Source of the DNA: Mycobacterium leprae TN
Lineage (GTDB): Bacteria; Actinomycetota; Actinomycetes; Mycobacteriales; Mycobacteriaceae
Length of the DNA: 32,000 nt
Reading direction: 5' to 3'
Assembly (NCBI RefSeq): GCF_000195855.1
Contig: NC_002677.1
Coordinates: 2,520,001-2,552,000 of the forward strand
The notes beneath the pieces were generated by a model, which saw only the letters and a list, made by a program, of their open reading frames with translations, was not told the DNA's origin and ran no database searches. Positions within the stretch are counted from its first letter, which is position 1; every line of letters begins with the position of its first letter. This document shows positions 10,546 through 21,050 of the stretch, one piece after another. The position numbers and the translations under genes are program-made.

Positions 10546-10849
10546 CAGCGGCGTGGTCACTTCATATCACAAAGCCCCGTACGACGACGCGGCTGCAGCA
10601 TAATCAGCAAAATACCTAATATCGGCCTAAGCGAGGCTACCCCCGGAACAACCAAGTTCTTCGACCCCTTCAGCATGCTCGTTGCACTAAGCGCTAAACT
10701 GAACCGCAGTCTGCACCGACACCAAATCAGCCGCCGACGACACCACCGACGCTGCAGCAACATGCGCAGCCACCAGGCGAGCTGGCGGCGCTTGTACCGC
10801 GGCACCGGCCGCCGCCAAGCCTTCCGGAAGCACGCATAGCGTCACCACC
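10546..10849 (-). pseudogene. PE-family protein (PE5/PE15-like), decayed, directly upstream of the PPE pseudogene
   Basis: The minus strand reads VVTLCVLPEGLAAAGAAVQAPPARLVAAHVAAASVV..SSAADLVSVQTAVQFSA*..AEGVEELG..YAAAASSYG. This parallels recalled PE5 (MTLRVVPEGLAAASAAVEALTARLAAAH...PPAADPVSLQTAAGFSAQGVEH..AEGVEELGRAG). There is an in-frame stop and a frameshift. Confidence 0.75.
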
Positions 10850-11593
10850 GCCACCACTTTCCCCTCGGACTCAATCACCTATCCGGCAGGTGCCCCCCGC
10901 ACCAATCACACACTCGGATTCCACACGTTACCCATGCGGTGCCGCAATAAGATTGCAAAGAACACCTTGTCGACATAGCCGACACTACTTACTGTCTTAC
11001 TGTCGATAATCGTAAACACCACTCTGCCAGGACAAGCAAACATCTATGATGGGTGGCAGGTTTGCGGACTACATGGTTCATGCCCCGGGGAGGCTTCACT
11101 GCTCAGCAGCACCAAACACAGACCTGGTTACCGAGCATGGCGCACCAATCAACGCGACCAGTCCGTCGACACAGTGCTAACAACAGATGCTGGTGTCTTT
11201 GCCGACATGCTGGCGTTCCACTCAGAAGCGGATGTCAGTGACCTGGACCGCCTAAGGCTGTGATCTAATGCGGCCGGGCGACACAGTTTCAACACCGTTG
11301 AATCAAGCACTCCGACTCGTGGCCGGTGGCAGAACCATCGTGCATAAATGCATACACCTTGCGTCAGGCTCCACTACACGGTATCCCTTGACACCCGATT
11401 CAGATCTTTCTACGCCCGATTCAGCTGATCGGATTGTTCTCATCCTGCCCACACCGCCAACTAGACACCTTTGAACACCTCTTTGACCAACCTGAGCGCA
11501 CACACCACCAATATGAACATCCTGATGGTCGAGGTTAGCCAGTCTAGATTATTTCCGGTAATGTCGTCGACCGCAAACCATCGGGATGAACTA

Positions 11594-11609
11594 AGCAGTC
11601 ACCACTGCT
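11594..11609 (-). terminator. Possible short stem-loop 5 nt downstream of the gltA2 stop
   Basis: Perfect 6-bp stem AGCAGT / ACTGCT with a 4-nt loop. There is no U-tract. The stem is short, so this is weak. Confidence 0.2.
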
Positions 11610-11613
11610 ATAA

Positions 11614-12909
11614 CTATCGTGTTTCAATTGCGGTGTAGTCACGCTCTGTGTAGCCGGTGTATATTTGGCGCGGACGGCCAATCTTACTGTCACCCTCGTC
11701 GTGCATCTCACGCCAGTGCGCAATCCAGCCTGGCAGCCGACCCAAAGCAAACAACACGGTGAACATCCGGGTCGGAAAACCGAGGGCCCGGTAGATCAGA
11801 CCGGTGTAGAAGTCGACGTTCGGGTAAAGCTTGCGCTCGATGAAATAGTCATCGGTTAGCGCCGCCTCCTCGAGTCCCTTGGCAATGTTCAGCAAATCGT
11901 CATCGCCACCAAGTTTGACCAGGATCTTGTCAGCCTGTTCCTTGACGATGCGGGCCCGCGGATCGTAGTTCTTGTAGACGCGGTGACCAAAGCCCATCAA
12001 TTTCACACCGGCCTGGCAATTCTTTACTTTTTGGACAAATCCACCAACGTCGTCGCCACTCTCGCGGATACCTTCGAGCATCTCAAGCACCGCCTGGTTG
12101 GCACCGCCGTGCAGCGGTCCCCACAGCGCGTTAATGCCGCCCGAAATCGAGGTGAACAGGTTGGCTCGCGACGAGCCCACCAAACGCACGGTTGACGTCG
12201 AACAGTTTTGCTCGTGGTCAGCATGCAGGATAAACAGCATGTCCAGAGCCCGGACCACCTCAGGGTCGGGCTCATAGGGCTCAGCCGGCAAACCAAAAGT
12301 CATTCGAAGGAAGTTCTCTACTAGAGAAAACGCGTTGTCCGGGTAAAGGAACGGCTGGCCTACCGACTTCTTGTATGCATAGGCAGCGATAGTGGGCAGC
12401 TTGGCCAAGAGTCGGATCGTCGACAGCTCTACTTGGCCGTTGTCCATCGGGTCCAGTGCATCCTGATAGTAAGCACTCAATGCGTTGACCACGCTGGACA
12501 ACACCGGCATCGGGTGCGCGTTGCGCGGGAAGCCATCATAGAATCGCTTAAGGTCCTCGTGCAACATGGTGTGGCGCTGGATCCGATGGGTGAATTCGGC
12601 CAGCTGATCGGTGGCTGGTAACTCCCCATAGATCAGCAGATAGCAAACCTCTATGAAGGTCGACTTCTCGGCGAGCTGCTCAATCGGATAGCCGCGGTAA
12701 CGCAGAATCCCGGCGTCACCATCAATGTAGGTGATGGAACTCTTGGTGGATGCGGTGTTACCGTAGCCGACATCAAACGTAGTGTAACCGGTCTTGGCCA
12801 ATACCGGGACGATCGCAATGCCGTCATTACCTTCGGTGGCACGGACAATCTGTAGATCGATCTCGCCTCCCGGATACTTCAGAGTGACGGTGTCGTCGGT
12901 GTCGGCCAC
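11614..12909 (-). CDS. gltA2: Citrate synthase I
   Basis: Intact 431-aa ORF with a GTG start preceded by AAAGGGG. It carries canonical type-II citrate synthase sequence ([53 protein letters not shown]) and matches recalled Mtb GltA2 (Rv0896). Confidence 0.97.
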   Translation of the reverse strand: MADTDDTVTLKYPGGEIDLQIVRATEGNDGIAIVPVLAKTGYTTFDVGYGNTASTKSSITYIDGDAGILRYRGYPIEQLAEKSTFIEVCYLLIYGELPATDQLAEFTHRIQRHTMLHEDLKRFYDGFPRNAHPMPVLSSVVNALSAYYQDALDPMDNGQVELSTIRLLAKLPTIAAYAYKKSVGQPFLYPDNAFSLVENFLRMTFGLPAEPYEPDPEVVRALDMLFILHADHEQNCSTSTVRLVGSSRANLFTSISGGINALWGPLHGGANQAVLEMLEGIRESGDDVGGFVQKVKNCQAGVKLMGFGHRVYKNYDPRARIVKEQADKILVKLGGDDDLLNIAKGLEEAALTDDYFIERKLYPNVDFYTGLIYRALGFPTRMFTVLFALGRLPGWIAHWREMHDEGDSKIGRPRQIYTGYTERDYTAIETR

Positions 12910-13157
12910 GAAAACCCCTTTGCGCTCTGGCTGATATTCCTGTTGGTATAGCTGTGAAGGTAGTCGTTACCTCAACAGAGCGCCTGCCCGGGGTCGGGTC
13001 TAGAAACCTCACAACAGTCCGTCCAGGCAAGCCCCGATCCGTCAAGGCGTGAGCTGGCCCTCAGCGCCCGGTAGCTAATCAATGCCGGCGCTAGCGAGGC
13101 GATTAACCATCGCCCATCACTTCCTGATGCCATTACCCGACGCACATCCTCACCTAG

Positions 13158-13817
13158 TTAAGGCTGCAGACGCTCGATACACCCGCCTGTCACCCGAATC
13201 CTGTTGTGCACCCGGTTTTCCCGGCCCTGCCAGAATTCCACCACCTCGGGCACAATGAGGTATCCGCCCCAATTCGGCGGCAACGGGATGAGCTCTGAAT
13301 CAGCAAAGCGCACGGTTACTTCTAGCAGCTGATCAAGTAACGCCGTCCTCGAGGCGATCGGCCGCGACTGATGCGACGCCCATGCCCCCAGTTGCGAGCC
13401 ACGCGGCCGTTTGGACCAGTAATCCTCGCTAACCTGCGGGTCGACCGTGCTCACTGGGCCGCGAATATGCACCTGCCGCCCCAGCTGATACCATGGGAAA
13501 GTCACCGAAGCATAAGGCGTGGCTGCCAGGTCGTCGCCCTTATCAGAATCATAATTGGTGAAGAAAATAATTCCTGCCTCATCGGCGCCCTTACACAACA
13601 CCGATCGGCTCACCGGCCTGCCGTTGGCCACGGTTGCCAGCACCATGGCATTGGGCTCGGCAACTCCGGCGCGCTCGGCGTCGTCAATCCACTTGCAGAA
13701 CAGCGTAAGCCAACCATCATATAGCCAATCCGTGTCGAGATCGGGGCTGCCGTCCTTCTCGACGGAGCCGTACTCCACCCGCATACCCGACAGATGCTGG
13801 TCGTCTGGTCCTGCCAC
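13158..13817 (-). CDS. pdxH: Pyridoxamine/pyridoxine 5'-phosphate oxidase
   Basis: Intact 219-aa ORF with [30 protein letters not shown] and the C-terminal [16 protein letters not shown]...ERLQP, as in PdxH proteins. Confidence 0.93.
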   Translation of the reverse strand: MAGPDDQHLSGMRVEYGSVEKDGSPDLDTDWLYDGWLTLFCKWIDDAERAGVAEPNAMVLATVANGRPVSRSVLCKGADEAGIIFFTNYDSDKGDDLAATPYASVTFPWYQLGRQVHIRGPVSTVDPQVSEDYWSKRPRGSQLGAWASHQSRPIASRTALLDQLLEVTVRFADSELIPLPPNWGGYLIVPEVVEFWQGRENRVHNRIRVTGGCIERLQP

Positions 13818-13889
13818 CGCGCCAACACTACCCGCAGGGTGTTACTGGACAGTAACATCGGCCCGGGGACAGGTGGGAGAATTTTGCCT

Positions 13890-15016
13890 ATGCCCCTGTG
13901 GTACCAACAGACTCTGTGCCTAACCTGTACGACTTGGTCGTGGCCTTTACCACCGGAGATCACCAAGCCGGACAAAGACGGTGACGCGCTGCGCTACCGC
14001 GGTATTGCCATCAAGAATCCGGTGCACCAACGAATAACATTCGGTGACGTATAGGCGTTGCTGATCGACAGAACATTCGGCAGCAGCCCTCCCCCGGAGG
14101 AGCCATTCCCGCTGCCAATCCACACTGGCTATGTGCGTGTCGATGTCCAGGCAGGCCTGATGATGCCGGCGCCCATCTGAGGAAAGCCGTTGGACATCGA
14201 CGACGCCACCACTCGTGAGCAGCTGTCCCGGGCATCGACAATAGCACTGCCCTATGTCGCGCAGTCCGTACGCGACATCTATCAGCTAGCAGTCCCGCAA
14301 CGAACAATTGATGAATGCCAAACGGCCACAGCAGGTTTTATGACTCGCTGGCAGGGCGATCCCGACCCCAAACATATCGAGGCCATCGACGTCTATTAGG
14401 TGGTAGACGCCGAGCACAGCATGAACGCTTCGACGTTCACCGCTCGGTTCATCACCTGGACTGGCAGGGACTCGGCAGCGGCATTGTCTGGAGCAATCGG
14501 TGCGATGAGTGGACCGCGCTGCACGGTGAGGCGGCGGCCCGGATGCTGCCAATGCTAGAGGAGGTCGAGCGCAACGGGTAGGCACGTAGCCTGGTAAAGG
14601 GGATCCTGGAGCGCGGAGAAAAGCTGATGGAGTTCGGGCACCGGATCCATAGCGCGGAGGATCCCCGGGCGCGGGTACTGCAAGCCACCTACGAACAGCT
14701 GGGCATACCGCGCCACGAAGTCGCTGTCGCGCTGGAGCAAGCCGCGCTAGCGGAGCTACGGGAGCGCTGTCCGGATTGTGCCATCGAGACTAACGTCGAA
14801 TTCTGGGCAGCTGTGATCCTGGACTTCGCCCGGGTTCCTGCCAATATGATGCTGGTGATGTTCACTTGTGGTCGGACCGCGGGCTGGTGCACCCACATTC
14901 TCGAGCAGAAACGACTCGGCAAACTCGTCCGCCTTTCAGCCATCTATGTGGGATCCCAAGCACGTAACCCAAAGTCCGTTAACGTCTGGTACCACATTCT
15001 CTGCGCGAAAGCCTAG
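13890..15016 (+). pseudogene. citA: Citrate synthase II CitA (Rv0889c-like) pseudogene
   Basis: Colinear with recalled Mtb CitA but broken: PDKDGDALRYRGIAIKNPVHQRITFGDV*ALLIDRTFGS..PFPLPIHTGYVRVDVQAGLMMPAPI*, then DIDDATTREQLSRAS..FMTRWQGDPDPKHIEAIDVY*, NASTFTAR, and a frameshift across the GAIGAMSGP.HGG active-site region. The C-terminal 129-aa ORF 14627..15016 is intact (EFGHRIHSAEDPRARVL...GRTAGWCTHILEQKRLGKL). Confidence 0.88.
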
Positions 15017-15339
15017 AATAGAATTCCTCAGCGAAGTCATATATCTGCGATCAATGGATGCCCGGTTTTCGCCGACTCACCGAACTTATCCCAACCTGCA
15101 GAGCTCATCCAGTCTCGTGGTGCGACGATCAATTCCATTAGCCACCGCTATGTCGCCGATAGCACCAAGAACCGAAAGTACCACTGGCTGCAATACTGCA
15201 GTGCTTGCGCCACATAGCGGTCGGTGCCCAGTGATAAATGGCCAGCGCCCGATAAATGTGCATCGCACGCCGGTCAAGAGACATTGACCCCGATGCGGAG
15301 ACTGGTACGGGACTGGCCTGCAAAATCGACGGCAAGAAA

Positions 15340-15760
15340 ATCGCCAGGGACATCAACGTCGAGCCCGAATTGTCCCCACATCTGGTAGTTTACGACGTCA
15401 CCAGGTCGTTTAATTCTACGCAAGGCTTTTGGCCGGTGTCGAACTAGCGCGCGCCCGGTCCCGACGGCAAACTGATCCATGCACCGTGCGCATCAACGGC
15501 TTCGCGGTGCCGCTCAACGACCACTTGCCGGAAACATGTGGCAGCAAGTCGATGACTCCGACGTCACTGGGCGGAACACCGGTAACTATTCACCTAACAA
15601 TGACCGACGTGGACAATAAATTCCAGCGAGCGCTGGCACACTGGTGCCACCGTGGTGGTGTCGCTGGCGGACCAGTTCTGGGATGACCGTTACAATGTGA
15701 CCGCTGACCTGTTCGGTCCAACGCTGGCCCCCGGGACAGCCAGTCCGCAAGGCCAGCATA
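15340..15760 (+). pseudogene. Glyoxalase/VOC-family protein (Rv0887c-like) remnant
   Basis: Fragments LSPHLVVYDVTRSFNSTQGFW, TPVTIHLTMTDVDNKFQRAL and, in another frame, GATVVVSLADQFWDDRYNVTADLFGP resemble PhnB/VOC proteins (ADQFWGDRYG..DPFGH). Stops and frameshifts are present. The position matches Mtb synteny. Confidence 0.5.
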
Positions 15761-15812
15761 GATGAGATCGGAGCGGCGATCTCTGGGCAGATAGGCAGTT
15801 AGTTCGAGCTGA

Positions 15813-17480
15813 CTACGACAGGGCACGCAGCCGCAGCGGCGGCGCGCCGGCTGCAACCGCCAGCATGTCGGCGACATCGGTGAACTTGCGGCGTGGCCGG
15901 CCTTCGGTACTGCCCTGCGCGATCTCGGCGGCGTCGATGGCCCGCCATCCCACGGAGTCGACAGTATCGGGTTGGCGGGCGTGCACCAGCTTGGCTAGCT
16001 CCGCCGGCTCAGCCACCGGGTCGGTCAGCCAGCCGGCGTTGAAGTCGGCGACCACGGCCTGAACGGTTTGAACCGAGCACAACTTGTTAGTGCCGATGAA
16101 GCCTGTTGGTCCACGTTTGATCCAGCCAGCCACATAGGCGCCGGGCATCGGACGGCCCCGACTCGGGTCGACCACACGGCCACCGTCATTCGGGATTACC
16201 GCCGCTTCCTCGTCGAATGGCAGATCGCGAATCCGTTTGCCGCGGTAACCAACCGATGTCAGCACCAGGCCCGCATCGAACCGACGTGATTCTTCGGTGC
16301 CGGTAACCGAGAACTCAACACCGGTAGCGCGCTGGTTACCAAGCACGCGCTTGGGCGTGAGCTGATAGGCCAGCCGGATTCGCCGCCGCGAAGTCGGCTT
16401 CGAACTATCAACAAGACTGCTCAAGACCTCCAGTTTCTTTCTGGTCAAACTGTCTGATACGGTCGCGAAATCACCTTCCACCAACTTGCGGTCACCGGCG
16501 TCGAGTACCACCTCAGACGTGGCCTTCAACCCGATCAGCTCGGGCAAGGTGAACGCCGAGTGCGCGGGGCCACGACGGGCGGCGACCACCACTTCGCGGA
16601 CCGCGGAGCCGCCCAACACGTGCAGTGCAAACTCGGAAATATCGGTCCGGGCCAAGTTGTCCGGATCGGCAGTGAGCAACCGTGCCACATCGAGGGCGAC
16701 ATTGCCATTACCGATGACTACTACGCGTTCATGACTGAGATCGACTGGTAGATAAGCAAAGTCGGGATGAGCGTTGATCCAGGCTACTAGCTCGGTAGCG
16801 GTTCCAGTACCCGGGATACCCATCCCGTCGATGTTCAGACGACGATCATCAGGCGCACCGACCGCATACAGCACAGCATGGTGATGGGCCAACAATTCGT
16901 CGTGGCTCAAGTGCCTACCTATCTCGACGTTGAGAAAAAAACGGAAGCGGCGATGCTCGGCGACCCGGTCGAAGAGCTCAGTCACCTTTTTCGTGTTCTG
17001 GTGATCGGGCGCCAACCCGGCGCGAACCAAACCGTAAGGGGTAGGTAACTTCTCGAACACATTAACCCACACCCCAGGTTGAGTAAGCAGCTCATCGGCA
17101 GCATACATTGCCGCTGGACCGGACCCGACGATGGCCACGGTCAGCGGGCGACGACGAACATGTACCTGTGCGGCCGGGATGACCGGAGCCAACTTCGAGG
17201 TCGGCGGAAGTTTCAGGTCAATGGGCCGCGCCGGGTAATACGACGCGTTGATCTCGATAAACGGCAGCTGCTTAGGCGCCAACCGGGTGTCGGATGCAAT
17301 AGCACCAACCGGACAGGCGCTCACACAGGCGCCACAATCCACACAGGCTACAGGATCGATATAAAGCATCTCCGAAGTAGCGAACCCCGGCTCGTCCGGT
17401 GTTGGGTGAATGCAATTCACCGGGCAAGCAAACACACAAGACCCATCGTTGCAGCACGACTGGGTGATGATATACGGCAT
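15813..17480 (-). CDS. fprB: Ferredoxin-fused ferredoxin/NADPH reductase FprB
   Basis: Intact 555-aa ORF. The N-terminus has two Fe-S cluster motifs (CCNDGSCVFACP and CVDCGACVSACP). These are followed by an FAD fold (VAIVGSGPAAMYAA) and an NADPH fold (VVVIGNGNVALDVAR). Matches recalled Mtb FprB (Rv0886). It starts 15 nt after the upstream gene's stop. Confidence 0.93.
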   Translation of the reverse strand: MPYIITQSCCNDGSCVFACPVNCIHPTPDEPGFATSEMLYIDPVACVDCGACVSACPVGAIASDTRLAPKQLPFIEINASYYPARPIDLKLPPTSKLAPVIPAAQVHVRRRPLTVAIVGSGPAAMYAADELLTQPGVWVNVFEKLPTPYGLVRAGLAPDHQNTKKVTELFDRVAEHRRFRFFLNVEIGRHLSHDELLAHHHAVLYAVGAPDDRRLNIDGMGIPGTGTATELVAWINAHPDFAYLPVDLSHERVVVIGNGNVALDVARLLTADPDNLARTDISEFALHVLGGSAVREVVVAARRGPAHSAFTLPELIGLKATSEVVLDAGDRKLVEGDFATVSDSLTRKKLEVLSSLVDSSKPTSRRRIRLAYQLTPKRVLGNQRATGVEFSVTGTEESRRFDAGLVLTSVGYRGKRIRDLPFDEEAAVIPNDGGRVVDPSRGRPMPGAYVAGWIKRGPTGFIGTNKLCSVQTVQAVVADFNAGWLTDPVAEPAELAKLVHARQPDTVDSVGWRAIDAAEIAQGSTEGRPRRKFTDVADMLAVAAGAPPLRLRALS

Positions 17481-17495
17481 AGAAACTCGTAAAGC

Positions 17496-18521
17496 TTAAG
17501 CGGCAGATGTCGTCGCCGGGTGCTGACGCTGCGGCTCACCACGATAACGCGACGGCTGCCCATCGATCTTGCATATATGCCACATGAGCCGCGCAGAGCG
17601 CGTCTCCATAAGCCTGGTGTCGTAGGCCAGCATCCGGACATCGGCGAAGATGTCACGCAACAATTTTCGTGACTCCGGTGACCGGAAGAACAGCTCCTTC
17701 TTGACTTCACGCGGAATGTTGAACTCCTGCCAGAAAGCCTTGGGCGGAACCATGATTGCGTTACACAACACCCGCATCGTTAGTGGATAATACAACGAGA
17801 CCCAGAAAAGCTGTCGCTTGGTCAAGTGCGTTAACCGCTTACGCAAGAACTCGTGAGCGAAGGAGATGTGTCGCGCCTCCTCGGCCACGTGAATGGCCAT
17901 CACCCTCTCCATGATCGGATGCAGCGACTTGCCTTCGCGTAGCACGTTCTTCTGCATGTGGTCGATGGGTTCCTCACCGGCGAGCACACCGATGAAGAAA
18001 GCCACCGGCAACGGCCCGGCGACCAACGGCACCAACGGCGAAAGCCAACGCAGTCTGCGCGGCATGCCCGGAACGTCCGCGCCAACGCGGTTGACCATTT
18101 CCTGGAACATCATCGTGTGGTTGCACTCTTCAACACATTCATGCAAGCAATACCGATACTCCGGTGATCCGTTCGGCATCCAAAACGTGTAATTCATCAG
18201 ACCTCGGACCAAAATGGATTCGAAGTGCAGCCCAACCTTGGCCACGTTGGCCTGACGCCACATCCCGATCTCGATCTTGCGTTGTTCCGGCTGCGCCAGA
18301 TACCAGGGATGACGACCCAGCGGGTCAGTATCCGGCAAGATCCACCGCGGGTCGTTGTCCTTTACCGCGAACGCTGGTGATTCCCAATCGATATCGGTGT
18401 ACGGATTGAAGTTGCGCCGCACCGACCCCTCAGACAATGTGGTGAGCATGCCCACATAGTCGGTGTCATCGCGCACCTCCATGTTGTTGCGCCAACGCCG
18501 AACCATTCGCGTCCTGGCCAT
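17496..18521 (-). CDS. Rv0885-like diiron (ferritin-like four-helix-bundle) oxygenase of unknown substrate
   Basis: Intact ORF. The maximal frame starts at 18545 (349 aa). The ATG at 18521 (341 aa) is preceded by GAGGAGG with 5-nt spacing and is preferred. Two ExxH motifs are visible (VEECNHTMMFQE and HVAEEARHISFAHE), with additional carboxylates (HFES, GEEPIDH), as in AurF/desaturase-like diiron proteins. Confidence 0.85.
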   Translation of the reverse strand: MARTRMVRRWRNNMEVRDDTDYVGMLTTLSEGSVRRNFNPYTDIDWESPAFAVKDNDPRWILPDTDPLGRHPWYLAQPEQRKIEIGMWRQANVAKVGLHFESILVRGLMNYTFWMPNGSPEYRYCLHECVEECNHTMMFQEMVNRVGADVPGMPRRLRWLSPLVPLVAGPLPVAFFIGVLAGEEPIDHMQKNVLREGKSLHPIMERVMAIHVAEEARHISFAHEFLRKRLTHLTKRQLFWVSLYYPLTMRVLCNAIMVPPKAFWQEFNIPREVKKELFFRSPESRKLLRDIFADVRMLAYDTRLMETRSARLMWHICKIDGQPSRYRGEPQRQHPATTSAA

Positions 18522-18566
18522 CACAGCCTCCTCGATGAGGTTCATAAATTAATTCTGGACGTGTAA

Positions 18567-18589
18567 AGTATACAGTACCGTAGGTACTG
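18567..18589 (-). promoter_or_regulatory. Putative promoter -10 element (TATACT) abutting a perfect 7-3-7 palindrome, a candidate operator for the oxygenase-fprB operon
   Basis: On the plus strand, CAGTACC-GTA-GGTACTG spans 18573-18589. On the minus strand it is immediately followed by TATACT (18572-18567), about 45 nt upstream of the ATG at 18521. It lies in the 213-bp divergent region shared with serC. Confidence 0.35.
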
Positions 18590-18674
18590 GGAATTCTCCA
18601 GATCTTTCTTGGTTGCCGGGACCCGTGCCGCAGTGTGAATTGTCTCACTCTACAGCGCCGTCGCGCGTAGCTAG

Positions 18675-19865
<1,191 letters not shown>

Positions 19866-19982
19866 CGCGGCGCTCATCGACCCCCAATAACTCAGCGTGT
19901 CAGCACGGCTCCGGGCATTTGCTGTACTAAAATGCGCAACAGGTTCAGTGCTGACCCTGCACGGAGTCTGCGAGGAGAAGCC

Positions 19983-20738
19983 ATGCGGGAACTCAAAGTC
20001 GTCGGGCTCGATCCCGACAGCAAAACCATCCTCTGCGAAGGTGACATCCCTGGTGAACGGTTCAAGCTGCCGGCTGACGACCGGCTACGTGCAGCCGTGC
20101 GCGGCGACACGACGTTGCTGGACCAACCGCAGCTCGACATCCAAGTCACCAACATGCTGAGCCCTAAAGAAATTCAGGCCCGAATTCGGGCTGGCGCCTC
20201 CGTCGAACAGGTGGCCATGGCGTCGGGGTCCGACATCGCGCGGATCCGCCGATTCGCCCACCCGGTGCTGTTAGAACGTTCACGCGCAGCTGAGCTGGCC
20301 ACTGCCGCACATCCAGTCCTCGCCGATGGCCCGGCCGTGCTGACACTCTTGGAGACCGTCAGCGCTGCGCTGGTGAAGCGTGGCCTCGAACCAGACAAGC
20401 TGAGCTGGGACGCCTGGCGCAATGAAGACAGCCGCTGGACAGTGCAACTCATGTGGCATGCCGGCCGTTCCGACAACCTCGCACATTTCTGCTTCACTCC
20501 CGGCGCTCACGGCGGAACCGTAACCGCAAGCGATGACGCGGCTAATGAACTCATTGACCCGGACTTTAACCGTCCGTTACGCCCGCTGGCACGGGTAGCA
20601 CACCTCGACTTTGTTGAACCCGCGACACCGGCGACCGTCACGCCGGACAACCAACTAGTGAGCAGCCGACGAGGCAAGCCCACCATTCCAGCTTGGGAGG
20701 ATGTCCTGCTCGGAGTGCGCTCAGCCGGGCAGCGCTGA
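19983..20738 (+). CDS. sepH: DUF3071-family protein, SepH/Rv0883c-like (actinobacterial FtsZ-associated cell-division factor)
   Basis: The 251-aa reading starts at an ATG preceded by GAGGAG. MRELKVVGLDPDSKTILCEGDIPGERFKLPADDRLRAAVRGD is the typical DUF3071 N-terminus. There is a central HTH-like region (SPKEIQARIRAGASVEQVAMASGSDIARIRRFAHPV). The position next to serC matches Mtb and M. smegmatis synteny. Confidence 0.8.
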   Translation: MRELKVVGLDPDSKTILCEGDIPGERFKLPADDRLRAAVRGDTTLLDQPQLDIQVTNMLSPKEIQARIRAGASVEQVAMASGSDIARIRRFAHPVLLERSRAAELATAAHPVLADGPAVLTLLETVSAALVKRGLEPDKLSWDAWRNEDSRWTVQLMWHAGRSDNLAHFCFTPGAHGGTVTASDDAANELIDPDFNRPLRPLARVAHLDFVEPATPATVTPDNQLVSSRRGKPTIPAWEDVLLGVRSAGQR

Positions 20739-20739
20739 T

Positions 20740-21010
20740 GACTTGATAAACCAGCCCAGACCGGTAGACCCGACCCAATGCAATCAATACGAGCAGCGTC
20801 TCAGCAACACCCCCCGTCACACCAATTCCCGTGCTTAGCACAAGATCGCGGTGCGCCGCTAACCCCACAACGTCGGCGCCAGCCCGCCACCCACGACGAT
20901 GTTAAGCCCGACTGCCAACAGCGGATGTACCCGAATCAGGCCGAGACACTCAGCACCACGACCCCGGAGACAATAACCACGACATCAATACCCTGCCCAC
21001 CGTCAAATCG
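20740..21010 (-). pseudogene. Possible remnant of a small transmembrane protein (Rv0882-like)
   Basis: Hydrophobic segments GLIRVHPLLAVGLNIVVGGGLAPTLWG and GIGVTGGVAETLLVLIALGRV lie in two different minus-strand frames. The longest ORF (20638..20868) would overlap sepH by about 100 nt. The assignment rests on synteny only. Confidence 0.3.
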
Positions 21011-21050
21011 TTGCCCAGGACTGAGATTGGTCGTGCTCGCTGCCCCTCTC

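Noticed and set aside
14627-15016. A 129-aa ORF resembling a stand-alone small citrate-synthase-like gene
   Set aside because: It is the still-open C-terminal third of the citA pseudogene. The upstream two-thirds are colinear but broken, so it is not an independent gene.
15020-15340. Possible remnant of the Rv0888 (sphingomyelinase/EEP-domain) gene expected here from Mtb synteny
   Set aside because: No frame gave a motif I could tie to an endonuclease/exonuclease/phosphatase fold. The ORFs present (15086..15277 -, 15138..15356 -) are unconvincing, so I left the region unannotated.
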